Shown piece after piece: positions 15,880 to 27,100 of a stretch of DNA of 53,299 bases; within the stretch, counting starts at the first letter, position 1; every line of letters starts with the position of its first letter. Origin of the DNA: a virus. Both the position numbers and the translations under genes were made by a program. The notes under the pieces were generated by a model. It saw nothing but the letters and a program-made list of their open reading frames with translations, did not search any database and was not told the DNA's origin. The stretch lies in the IMG/VR virus record IMGVR_UViG_3300045988_169898; one strand, written 5' to 3'.

Positions 15880-18800
15880 TGATAAAGACTTTTAATAGAA
15901 CGCCTATATCTGTAAATACTCCTGGCGACAAAAACATTAAAAATTACTTTTTTAATCATTACAATTGGAAAGGTATGTGCGACGACAAAAACATTCTTGC
16001 CGTTGACCAAGAGACGTTTTCCGATTGTAAAAACGTATATGTCGACTCGGAAGGCTTACTGAGAAGTAGACCGTCATTAAAAATAAAAACTGTAACATAT
16101 ACCAATGCCGGAAATGAGTATACATTGTCCGACATACTTGATGTATGGACGTTTAACGATGTTACAGTCTACTTGTCTACGTCCGATAAAAAGTATTACT
16201 TGACATTTGTAAATAAAAATGTAACAGACAATATTCAAAGAGAACTTAAATATACTGACAGCAATGGAGAAACTCATTCCTACAGTAAAGTAATACCAAT
16301 TCTTGCAGACAATAAGATATTTATTTTTTCGGAACACGACTTCAATTATTACGACATTGAAAAAAATATTTATGCTACTGCAATAGACTTTATTTATATT
16401 CCTACTACATCGGTCGTATCTGGCAATAAAACTACTGAGTTAGACAGTCCGAATGTTTTGACTAAGTCATATATTACAAAATATTTGTACGATAAGTCTA
16501 CAAACATCAACTTTGCAGACCTTGTAGGTAAAGAAATAACTGTAGAAGTAGATGGTGTTTCTTACAAAATAAAGTTTGAATATAACAATGAACTTGTTTT
16601 TGTAGAAAGATACTGTGGGTTAGGAGAAAACAACTTTTCTACTACTAACAATATTCTTGGAAAAAATACAGAAAACATTCCATTAGTTCAGGCATCCGAG
16701 CGTGAAAGTACTCTTGTATGTTCGTATGAGCGTGTTCTCGACAACAAAGGTAACATATCTGCAGTTAATTGGACGATTTATCATACATTAGATGGAATTA
16801 CTTTTACTTCTGTGCCTACTAAATCTAAAATATTAGGAATGCCTAAAATAAGCAGAGACGGCTTTTATGTATTTGTTTTTTGTGAAGATGGTCCTTGGGT
16901 ATACAGTTTGTTAGATACAGATGGTAATATCACAGGTACCAAAAAATATGCCGTCTGGACTAATTTATTAAAAGCAATAAATGAAACCAAATACAATGAA
17001 TGGATTGCAGATGGATTTAACTTAAACAAACATAACTCTGTCGATGTTTACTTTAACCAAACTACTTGTGTAAACGGTTATTTTAGAGATGACAGAGCTT
17101 TTGCATTTACGTATGGCGACGGTTTAGTTACTACGGACGGTGAGCCGAGGTACCAAAACTTTTATTGTGTATATTGTTATGGTTCTGACTTTCATAAAAA
17201 GGTCATTTTTAATTCGTTAATATATGCTCCATATACTTATACACCCCGCGTAAGTAGTACTACGCTTGGAATATCTGCCGATACCGAAACCAGTGGCACA
17301 TCAGGTACTCCATATTATAATAATATTACGTCTAATAATTTGACAGACGTTCAATTTGTTTACGTAAATGAGAATGGAGCCACAAAGTATACCGCATATT
17401 TAACCGACCTTAAGTTATTTCTTAACTTATTTTCTCCTGGATATCCTCCGGGAAATGGAACGTCTTGCTCAGGAACTTCTATATTATTTGGAAATTATAA
17501 AATAGCTGATAATGATGGAAATGTAATTGACGGTGGTCAGATATATAACGAGATTAACGTGTCATTAGATGTTGGCGGCGGTCTTGAGCCCGCTAAGCAA
17601 CATTACGTTCAAAATTTTACCACTAGTTATTTTTCATTTAATGTTAATGTATCAATAACCGGTGATGCTACAGTTCCTTCTAATAGTCACATACATATTA
17701 TTCCGGGTTCCTCCAGTGGTGGAGCCGGTAGTTACATTACCATAAGTGCAGGAAATATCAGCGGAACAGATGTTATATATGGAATTTTATTAGAAGGTGA
17801 GCCTGCAGCAACAGCACAAAGCATGCCTAATTTGTATGTTGCTTTCAAAGAACAACGTATGTCTATTGCAATAGACTTTACTGCATCCATTCCTAATGAT
17901 GTATACCGTGATAACTACAGAGGAATTTATCACATTGAAAGGGACAACACAGGTGAAATAGGTTCAGGAATTATTTACTCCAAACGGTATCCGTATGTAA
18001 CAGACGGTCCTATTCCTGTTGTAAGACCTCCGTTGAGAGACGGACTGATAGTTTCCAACGGAAGATATATGTTTACAAGACTTGAAAAGGAAGGTGAAAA
18101 AGAAGTTGTTCGCGTTCATACTATAAAATATGATAACATTGATATTGTTTCTAATCATATTACAACAGTTTTTTCAGAGGAATACGTTTCAGACTTGCAT
18201 TTTTTGAACAAAACGTTTGTTTTTGGAGACCCTGTCCCGTACCTCTTAACAAAAAATCAATTGTTTACTTATGACGATTATACTTCTGATGCTGTTGGGT
18301 ATGACCCGATAAATCTTCTGTTTACTTGTTTTCCTATTGCATACTTCTACGGAGGAAATGTATTTGATAGTATGTACATTGCAACTACAAATGCTTTGTA
18401 CATTTCAAATGCAGATAAGGTCATAGAACTTGCTGAAACTACTGTAGGTGAAACAAACTTTATTTTGCCTGAAGTATATGCATTGTTAGAAAACTATTAT
18501 ATAGGAATAGGAAATAAACTTTATATATCAAAATCTATAACTGACAACGGAAAATTCAAATGGTATTTTCCTGAAATTTCAGTTCAACCTTTTGACAATA
18601 GTATAACAAATCTGCAGCCTATATCAAATAGTGAAGTAGCAATATTTTTTGAAAACGAAATTTGGCATTCTACATTTGATGCTGAAACTACTATTGACGG
18701 TAGAAAAGGTGTATACAGGTATTACAAATCAAAATTGCAAGCAGGTTGTAAGAAAGGTTCTGACGTATTAGTTACCTACGATGGAAAATATACTATCTTT

Positions 18801-19544
18801 GCAAGTAATCGAGGCCTCGTAGCAATGAGTTACCAAGACTTTATTGCAAGCACAGAACAATCATTAACTTACTTGTCAGACAATATTTACGATAAATTTG
18901 TAAATTATATTACAGAACAAAACTCGTTAAATCAAATAAAACTTTATAAGTTTGGTTACTGGATTATTATTTACAAACGAGACAGTAAAGATGGATTTGT
19001 TTTTGATACACGAAACAACTCTTGGTGGCCTTTGTCGTCATTTGACAAACCTACAAAATTTGTAACAATTGACAACAAGGTCAAGATGTTAAGCGCAGGT
19101 AACATGTATGACCTCAATAAGAGTGATGCTGACTATTATGATTATGACGGAGAATTTGTTAACAAAGTATCCTGGCTTGTAAAAAGTCAGAAGTTACATT
19201 TAAGTGCGTTAAACAATTACAAACACATAATAAATATGACCTTCGTATCAGTTCACGATAGTAATATTTTACAAAATTCGGAATATAATATAGATGGGTT
19301 AGACTTTAAGTTGCAGGTAAATTGTTATCGTAAAAAAGTCGATGGAAATATAAATAGCCTTGACGATTATGTAACAGTAAATTACAGAGTAGATACCATT
19401 AGAACATATGTACAAAGGTTAAACTATTCAAAGATTAACGAGTTCCAATATCAGTTATCTTCCGATGAGGAAAATGCAATGGATATACCCTTGAGTTTGA
19501 ACAGTATAACTATAAAATATAAGGTAGGAGGTCAAGTAAGATAA
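15879..19544 (+). CDS. Large structural protein (tail/nozzle/baseplate-like candidate)
   Basis: 1221 aa with N/Y/T-rich beta-type composition. It is translationally coupled on both sides (TAATG overlaps). No catalytic motif recognised. Confidence 0.6.
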   Translation: MIKTFNRTPISVNTPGDKNIKNYFFNHYNWKGMCDDKNILAVDQETFSDCKNVYVDSEGLLRSRPSLKIKTVTYTNAGNEYTLSDILDVWTFNDVTVYLSTSDKKYYLTFVNKNVTDNIQRELKYTDSNGETHSYSKVIPILADNKIFIFSEHDFNYYDIEKNIYATAIDFIYIPTTSVVSGNKTTELDSPNVLTKSYITKYLYDKSTNINFADLVGKEITVEVDGVSYKIKFEYNNELVFVERYCGLGENNFSTTNNILGKNTENIPLVQASERESTLVCSYERVLDNKGNISAVNWTIYHTLDGITFTSVPTKSKILGMPKISRDGFYVFVFCEDGPWVYSLLDTDGNITGTKKYAVWTNLLKAINETKYNEWIADGFNLNKHNSVDVYFNQTTCVNGYFRDDRAFAFTYGDGLVTTDGEPRYQNFYCVYCYGSDFHKKVIFNSLIYAPYTYTPRVSSTTLGISADTETSGTSGTPYYNNITSNNLTDVQFVYVNENGATKYTAYLTDLKLFLNLFSPGYPPGNGTSCSGTSILFGNYKIADNDGNVIDGGQIYNEINVSLDVGGGLEPAKQHYVQNFTTSYFSFNVNVSITGDATVPSNSHIHIIPGSSSGGAGSYITISAGNISGTDVIYGILLEGEPAATAQSMPNLYVAFKEQRMSIAIDFTASIPNDVYRDNYRGIYHIERDNTGEIGSGIIYSKRYPYVTDGPIPVVRPPLRDGLIVSNGRYMFTRLEKEGEKEVVRVHTIKYDNIDIVSNHITTVFSEEYVSDLHFLNKTFVFGDPVPYLLTKNQLFTYDDYTSDAVGYDPINLLFTCFPIAYFYGGNVFDSMYIATTNALYISNADKVIELAETTVGETNFILPEVYALLENYYIGIGNKLYISKSITDNGKFKWYFPEISVQPFDNSITNLQPISNSEVAIFFENEIWHSTFDAETTIDGRKGVYRYYKSKLQAGCKKGSDVLVTYDGKYTIFASNRGLVAMSYQDFIASTEQSLTYLSDNIYDKFVNYITEQNSLNQIKLYKFGYWIIIYKRDSKDGFVFDTRNNSWWPLSSFDKPTKFVTIDNKVKMLSAGNMYDLNKSDADYYDYDGEFVNKVSWLVKSQKLHLSALNNYKHIINMTFVSVHDSNILQNSEYNIDGLDFKLQVNCYRKKVDGNINSLDDYVTVNYRVDTIRTYVQRLNYSKINEFQYQLSSDEENAMDIPLSLNSITIKYKVGGQVR

Positions 19545-20959
19545 TGGCCAAGTATGGAATGATATTCGATACGTCCGATATTAAATCTCAACTTGCACAG
19601 GCTAATCGAGATTATTACGGACGAAAGGTTTGGGAAAACTTATACGGTTCTATTGATTATGCAAAACAAAAACAGTTAGGCAAACTTCAGCAAGATTATT
19701 CTTCTGCGGTTAACGAAGCTTACGCCTCTGCATATCTTGCAAATCAAAACATTGCAGCTAGCAATTTAGGTGTAGGTTATAAGACTGCGGCATCCGAGGC
19801 AAATGACCTTGCATTGGAGGAGGCATACAATACCTATCGTCAAAAATACCTTGCAGGTGTTTCGGAAGTTGAAAGTTTATCTGCTAAACAAACACAAAAT
19901 GTCACTAATGCATTAGATGAGCAAGCTAAATATGAAAGCGCCTTTGCAGAAAAACCTTATCAATATTTGCAGTATATATTTGACAAATATTCGGAAGGTG
20001 ACCGTGCAAACAATATTTTCTACAACGAAGAACTTTGGAAACGTTATACAAAAGAAGTTAAGGACGAGGCTGGAAATCCTACCGGAGAGCGAGAACTTAA
20101 ATCTTGGGAAGAGATTGCTAACTATGGTGCATACGAAGAAGTTGAAGGCAAAAAACAATGGACAGGTTTATTTGACAATTCTGGCAATTTAACTATAAAG
20201 GGAGTAGACTTCTACGACCAAATGATGAACCAACTTGCATATGAAGGCCGAGGAATAAGTTTCGCACAATGGTTAGCTGGAAATGACGAAAAACTTTATG
20301 AGTGGTCACGTTCGTATAATCCTTACAACTATACAGAGGCAGGAACAAATCTTGGTTCATTCAAGACAATGGTAGGTTTAACTTCTGCTGATGAAAAATA
20401 CACCTTTATGGAGCGTTTTGGTGGTTTAAGTAAATCTGATGTAAATAATATGTACTCTGGATTTACTAATAAACTTAACGAGTTGAACAAGAAAATATCT
20501 TCGAGTTCAGGAAAAGATGCTAAACAAATTGCTTCGGAGTTTACAGGTTTAACTGCTGAAATAGGAAAACTTACTAAGCAACTTGGCATAACCACTGATG
20601 TAGAAAACGAACTCGGTATGAGTTTGGACGACTTAGGCAAGTATCTTGCAAATAATGCCTCTGCAGCTGTAAGCAAAGGTGACATTTGGCTTCAAGGTGT
20701 ACAGACCGCACTTACTTCAATCGGTTCAGGAGCTGTGATAGGTGCTAAAGCCGGTGGCGGTAAAGGTGCCATTGCAGGTGCCATCGTTGGTGCTATTGTA
20801 GGTTCAGCCTTTGCAGCTTTGGAAGCAGAAGGTACCAAAGACCAAAACAAAGAACTTGCTAAGGCATCAAGAGATGCATACAATAACCTTGTAACTACTT
20901 TGATTACTTATAGTCAAAATAAGCAACGAGAGGCACAAATAAATTACTATAAAAAATAA
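19544..20959 (+). CDS. Virion internal/ejection-type protein with a C-terminal glycine-zipper membrane segment
   Basis: 471 aa. The N-terminal two-thirds are helical. The C-terminal segment is GSGAVIGAKAGGGKGAIAGAIVGAIVGSAFAAL. Confidence 0.5.
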   Translation: MAKYGMIFDTSDIKSQLAQANRDYYGRKVWENLYGSIDYAKQKQLGKLQQDYSSAVNEAYASAYLANQNIAASNLGVGYKTAASEANDLALEEAYNTYRQKYLAGVSEVESLSAKQTQNVTNALDEQAKYESAFAEKPYQYLQYIFDKYSEGDRANNIFYNEELWKRYTKEVKDEAGNPTGERELKSWEEIANYGAYEEVEGKKQWTGLFDNSGNLTIKGVDFYDQMMNQLAYEGRGISFAQWLAGNDEKLYEWSRSYNPYNYTEAGTNLGSFKTMVGLTSADEKYTFMERFGGLSKSDVNNMYSGFTNKLNELNKKISSSSGKDAKQIASEFTGLTAEIGKLTKQLGITTDVENELGMSLDDLGKYLANNASAAVSKGDIWLQGVQTALTSIGSGAVIGAKAGGGKGAIAGAIVGAIVGSAFAALEAEGTKDQNKELAKASRDAYNNLVTTLITYSQNKQREAQINYYKK

Positions 20960-21044
20960 TTTTAATATATAATATTAAGATTATTTTTGAAACCAATATA
21001 AATATTCGATATATTGGTAAATATTTCTCTATTATATATTAAAA
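20960..21044. repeat. AT-only inverted-repeat element, copy A
   Basis: The left arm TTTTAATATATAAT (20960-20973) and right arm ATTATATATTAAAA (21031-21044) are exact reverse complements separated by a 57-nt spacer. The spacer contains a nested inverted repeat CCAATATA-N9-TATATTGG. The same arms recur at 30460-30533 and 40905-40979. Copies A and B also share the flank TCTCTYAAAGT. Confidence 0.85.
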
Positions 21045-21061
21045 TCTCTCAAAGTGAATAA

Positions 21062-21080
21062 TATATAATAATGATATTCT
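21062..21080 (+). promoter_or_regulatory. Promoter-like motif ATAATGATAT (copy 3 of 3), upstream of the giant ORF
   Basis: TATATAATAATGATATTCT has its core at 21068-21077, 38 nt before the ATG at 21116. Confidence 0.4.
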
Positions 21081-21115
21081 ATATTTTGCGAAGAGCAACA
21101 AAAGGAGTATAACAT

Positions 21116-24100
21116 ATGTCTACATTAAAATTAACACCTTCTTATTTGAACAGCTATGAGGCTGCTCACAAAATACTTTCTAACAACCCTTGGTTTCAAG
21201 AAAGCGATTGGCTTTCGATGGCAAGAAGTGGTGAACTTGACCAGTATATTACTGTTCTTGCAAATACCGACAAAATTACTGATAAAGACAAGTTTTACAG
21301 TGATTACAATTATGCATATGCAGACGACCAAACCAGGGTTGCTGCATTGTATAATGAACTTCTTGCAGACAGAAGTAATGTCGACGAACCTCGTAAAAGA
21401 TTAGCACTCGACTCGTCCGGTAACGTTATATTGGATGCAAAAGGAAAACCTACATATGAGAGTTTCAAAGCATCTGACTATGACTATTACAAATCTGTAA
21501 TTAAAAATAGAAACGACGAATATTATCAAGAATACCTCATTGAGCAGGAAAAAGAAAGAAAAAACTCAATGAATGGATTTGTAAAATTTTTAGGCGACAC
21601 AGCTTCAATAGGAACTGAACTTGCCTATGGATTAGCAAATCAAATAGATAACTTAACGAACAGTATTGCTGCAATAGGTGATGGAATAACTGCATACTTC
21701 AAAGATGAGGACGTTGCAGACGCGATTGTCGATACTAATGCAAGTGATACTTGGAGATGGTTTGAACAGTTAGGGGTACAAGATTGGATAGTTGATTTTG
21801 AACGTAGATATACTAACGTCCGTGACTTAGACGGAAATTACTCCAACACAGGTAAATATCTTGGTGGCATTTGTAGCACATTAGGACAAATGTTACCTTC
21901 TATGGTCGGCGGCAAAGTAGTTGGCTCAGCTGCACAAAAGGCGGGAGCGGCGGCTAAAACAGTAAATACATTGTCACAGATAAGTTCTACTTTAATTTTC
22001 TACCAGGGAATTACAGCAGGAAACATCCGGGATATGTACAAACAATTTGCAGCTGAAAAAGCATCGGTACCTTCCGGTGCAATTCTTGCAAATGCCAGCA
22101 TAAAATCTGCATTACAGTGGGCTGTTGAAATAGGACTTGCCAAAATCTCCGGTGGTAGTACGATAGATAATGTCGTATTCGGAAGGTCTATTCGTACAAG
22201 TGCAGGCTCTACTCTTGCAAAATCTGCCGGAAAACGACTGTTAAGTGACTTCGTTACAGAAGGACTTGAAGAAGTATTCCAAGATACATCTGACTGGCTT
22301 GTTGATAAAGCATTCTCTGTACTCATCAATGAAAACTTCGGTAAGGTTACTGAGATTAGTTACCAGAGTTTAATGGACTCCTTTATAATAGGTGGTTTAG
22401 CTTCATTTGCAGGTTCTGCTTTGAATATAGTTACTACTAAAAAGGTTGCAACCGGACAAGTTAAAACCAACAAAAAAGGTGATACAAAGTTAGATAAGGA
22501 AGGAAACGTTAAAGCAGAGAAACTTGGAAAGTTAGCATCTTGGGAATATGGCTTGGATATGCAGAGTTTTATGAAAAACTATGTTGAACTGCAAGAACAA
22601 GCAAAAGGATTTCTTAAAAGGTACGACAAAGACAGTACCGAGGCTAAAAAATATGCAGCGGCTATAACCGAGATGTATGCTGCATACCGTATGTTAAGTT
22701 CTATCTATGGCGAGATAGGTGAAACTCGTTTTAAGAATGCTAACCAGGTCCTTTCCGAAATTACTAACTTAGTCAATAATGGTAAATTTACCAACGACGG
22801 TGCATATAATATTGGACAAGAGTTGATGAACAGCTTAACTGACCTGCGCAAGAATAGCTTAGAGAAAACTCTTGCGGCATTAGAAAAAGCAAAAATCACT
22901 CAACTTGCAGATGTCATAGAACGAGATAGCGACTTAACTCAACTTAACATAGACGAAGATACTAAAAAGTCAATCCAACAGTTGTTTGATGGCGACGACA
23001 ATGTTAAGAAAGTAATACTTACAAAAGACGGTGCAAATATTGCGGTCGTAGACGACTCTTTGTTTGTACCTATCAATTATGCAAAAAATGCAGATGGCAG
23101 TACATTATATGAAACTGTTGCAGAACAAACTCTTGTTGAAGCAATATCGAAAGGTAAGTTCAAGGGTGACGTTCTTAACTTAGTGCTCGAAACATTCAAG
23201 AAAGTAACCGGAAGAAACGACGCCTCTATGGAAGAAGCTATCTATAATCTTGTATTTAATGACAGTTTCTTCAACATTATGCTTTCTACTGCAAATAAAG
23301 ATATGTATTCGTTACTGTCTTCGTTGATTAGCATAGAAGATAACGTCGTATCTAACAAACTTCGTGACAAGATATACAAAAAGAAAATCGCTACAGTTGT
23401 AGAAAGTATGACACAATCTTTGTACGACTATTGTATAAATCAACCTTACGCAGACTATCGTCTTGATGTATTTACTAAAACTCAAATAGATAAAATTGCT
23501 GCAATTAGATGGTGCAGAAATTTGTATGCAAGAGTTATCGACAATACTTCTTACAAACATCTTACCGACAACGACTGGAATGTACTTAATAACAGGGTAA
23601 ACAGTTTGCCTGTATCTCAGCAGCAGAAGGATAAAATATTAACCGCGTTAAAATCGAATAATAAAGATACTCGTGCTTCTGCAATGAACAAGATTGCATT
23701 GGTGTATAAAGGTATATTTACTACCAACTATGATGGAACGGTTTATATGCCTGATACCAACGTTGCAAATAGAACATTCAACTCTTGGCTTCAGTCGATT
23801 GGACTTACCATTGAAACCTTGACCTCACTTGAAATTGACGAGAATACTAAAAAGACTATATCAGAACTGTATGGAGCATTTACAACTGAAAACTTGATAA
23901 AGTTTAGACAAAGTCAGTTTATGCAATATTGCAATAACTCGTTCATATTCCGGTACGATAAACAAGGTAAGTTAGGTATTTACGAACACGAAACTAATAA
24001 ACAAGTCGGATTTTCCGAATACAGAACTAATGCAGAGGCCGTCTTGGCAGGAAATGATTTTGATAAAAGAACTACTCTTGAAAGAAGTTACAAAAAGAAC

Positions 24101-27100
24101 TATCTTGTCAAGGAAATACTGAACAATGAGATAGATGCTGCTACTGCTGCCTATTTGTCAATAGATGACGTAATATCTAACCCATCATTGTTGTCGGAGA
24201 AAATGTTAGCCGACATACAGATGACCTATGGAGATGTAAATCAAACTTCTGCATTCTTGTATTTGAGAGAGTACTTTATAAACAAATTCAAAACCACAAC
24301 CGTCGTAGTATTGTCGGATGGTACATATGGATTTGCAGATATTCGTCCGATGAAGTCAATGCTTAAAACTGAGAACTTTAGCATTGACAAAAATACAAAG
24401 ATTAAGGATATTATCAAAGACGATTACTTGAAAGGTAGATTAAAAGACGTAAAAATTAAGCTGACTGACCGAGGGATTGTTGCAGAATACAATGCAGAAG
24501 AAAATACTATCTACATAAATGAATTTCGTGCAGCTAAGAAAGGTCCATATTTGACTTTTGCAGTACTTCACGAGTTCCAACACGCAATCCAAGTAGAAAA
24601 CGGTATGAACTTGGGTATGAATGTAAACTGGATAAATTCGGTTGCTAAAACTACCAAAGCAGCTATAATTGCAGACGTTAGAAAGCATCGTCCTGAACTG
24701 TTTACTGATGTAGCCAAAGGCAGCAAAGACGAGGCAAACATTGTAAACAACTTTGTATACTATTCGTCAGGAGAAAGTACTGCTTATGGTATTGACGCAA
24801 GTCAACTTGTAAACTATTATCCTACTGTGGTAAATGCTGACAAAGGCATTAAGATTACATTCCCTTGGGGCAAAACTTATAACATTAGTTCAAATGTTCC
24901 TGTATCAATAAAGTTAAGAAACTTGTACAATAAAGTATTTACTTTGTTGAACGAGTCTAACTATGAAAAATACTTTAATGCAATAAAAGATACTACTGAT
25001 ATTACTCCTTTTTCAAGCCAAGTAAAATCGCTTGAAATATATCGAAACTTATTGGATAGTGTAAAAGGAATTAACGAGTATATAAGTGTTGGTTTAGGAA
25101 CTGTTCAAGATGTTTCTGAAATTAAACAGCAATTACTCAATAGCATAACTCCCGACGTTAAAAATCAAATGCTTAAAATGATGTATTTCAAATTAGGAAT
25201 GACCAGTATAAGCTTTGATGAATTTTTGCAAATGGATATTCCTTTTGTAAGGGTTCAAAACAATATTACATCTAAACCAGATGCATTTTTGTCGGCAAGT
25301 GTTACGATGGATGCAAACTTGACATTAGACAAATGCTTAGATTTTATAATGAAAACTGACATAGTTAAAGGTTGGAATAATGAACAGGTAACTCCTACCG
25401 ATAAATTAACTATTGTAGTTGGAACTATAAAACCTGCAGATTGCATAGGCTTTTTAGGCACCAAACTTGACGAGGTACTTCTTCCGGTGGACGTAGTAAA
25501 TAAATCTAAAAAATACACCATAGATATTAACGACTATGTTCCTACTGGAAATCCTGAACCTGTCTATGAATTTGTAGAAACAATAGACAAAGTTTTCGGT
25601 GACATAATAAGATTGTATTCTACATTTTTCAGTAGATTTGATATTAAAGACGATAGAGCACTTACTAATGCATACTTTACAGGGTATATTCGTGAATTAG
25701 GAACTGCCAGATACCGTGAGATTATGCAATTATACCGTTATACACAGAAATTGGAAGATACTCACGGAAAATTAGATGTAAAGGACTCTGAACAGCTTAG
25801 AAACGCCAGAACAAAATTTTATGAACTTATTACGTCAGATAAAGGATACAAACTTGCAACTTACAAAATAATAAGATATTTACTAAGTGTTTCTAATGTT
25901 CCTGATGTGGAGTTATCAGAAATAAAAATACCTGTGGTAAGAGTGCAAAAAAATAACTTCGTAGACGAAAGACTTCCTTACGTTTCTTGTAGCTTGTTTT
26001 TAGGTGGCGATATAGATAACATAAGCATTCTTACTGATGTTATGCAAGAAGAGGATGCCAACTATGTTTTCTCTCACGTAAAGGTAAAAGATATTGTAGG
26101 TTTTGTATCAAATGACCTTCGAGAAGTACTAGTAAACAGCAGTGCATTTTCTTCCGATGATACCATAATCAAACATCTAAAAGCAAACAGAACTTTTGAA
26201 CGAAATGTTTTTGAAGAAGGTGCAATTATATCCGAATACTTTCATACCTATAGTGAGCTTGGTCCTTCCGATAGTATGTCAATCAAACAACCTGGCGATA
26301 TTGAAACCAAACGTTATGTCACACAAAAAGAAGGAAAAGACACAAACCTTGAGAAGTATGGTTATACCGCTAAGTACAAAAGAACTCAGATGGATACCAA
26401 ACTTAAAAACTTCATCATAAATGCAAACGAAGACATTGCATCAGAGCTCTGGAATAAAGTAAAGTCTGGCAAGATAACCACATCTGACGTGATGGATTAT
26501 TTGAGAGATGCCGACAAGATAGACGACAAAACATTCAAACTGATAAACGATTCGTTTTTCAAAAATAGCAAGATAAAAACATTTGAAGAACTTAAAGCCA
26601 AAATTGCTGAGTCGTCGAAATATTATGCTATGAGGGCTGTATTAAAATCTGCAGGCTTCGGTGAGGCTTTACTTACAAACGCAAATCCTGAGTTATTTAA
26701 CGGAGTACTCGAAATAATAAACAAAGATGAGAAACTTAAAAAACTTTTTGACGAGATAGACAGCAGGTATTATACTTACAGACAGCAAGGTCTTGACATA
26801 AGTGAAAAGTATTTAAGAAAACTTTGGATGGAGTATTTCGATGGCACCGTGGCCGCAGGTGGCTATATTGCAGCAATAGCAAAAATTGCAGCGATTTCCA
26901 AATGGAAGGTAACAGGTGAAGGTTCAACCATATCTACTCGCTCTCTTGATGATACTGTAGGCAAAGATATGGCTCTTGAAGAAGTATTGGAAGACGTTTC
27001 TGCAAAAGATGCATTTAGTTATATCTTGAACAACGGTGACAGAAGTGATAAGATAGACGACATAATTAAGGCGGTTACACCTAAGATTATCAAGAAGTTA

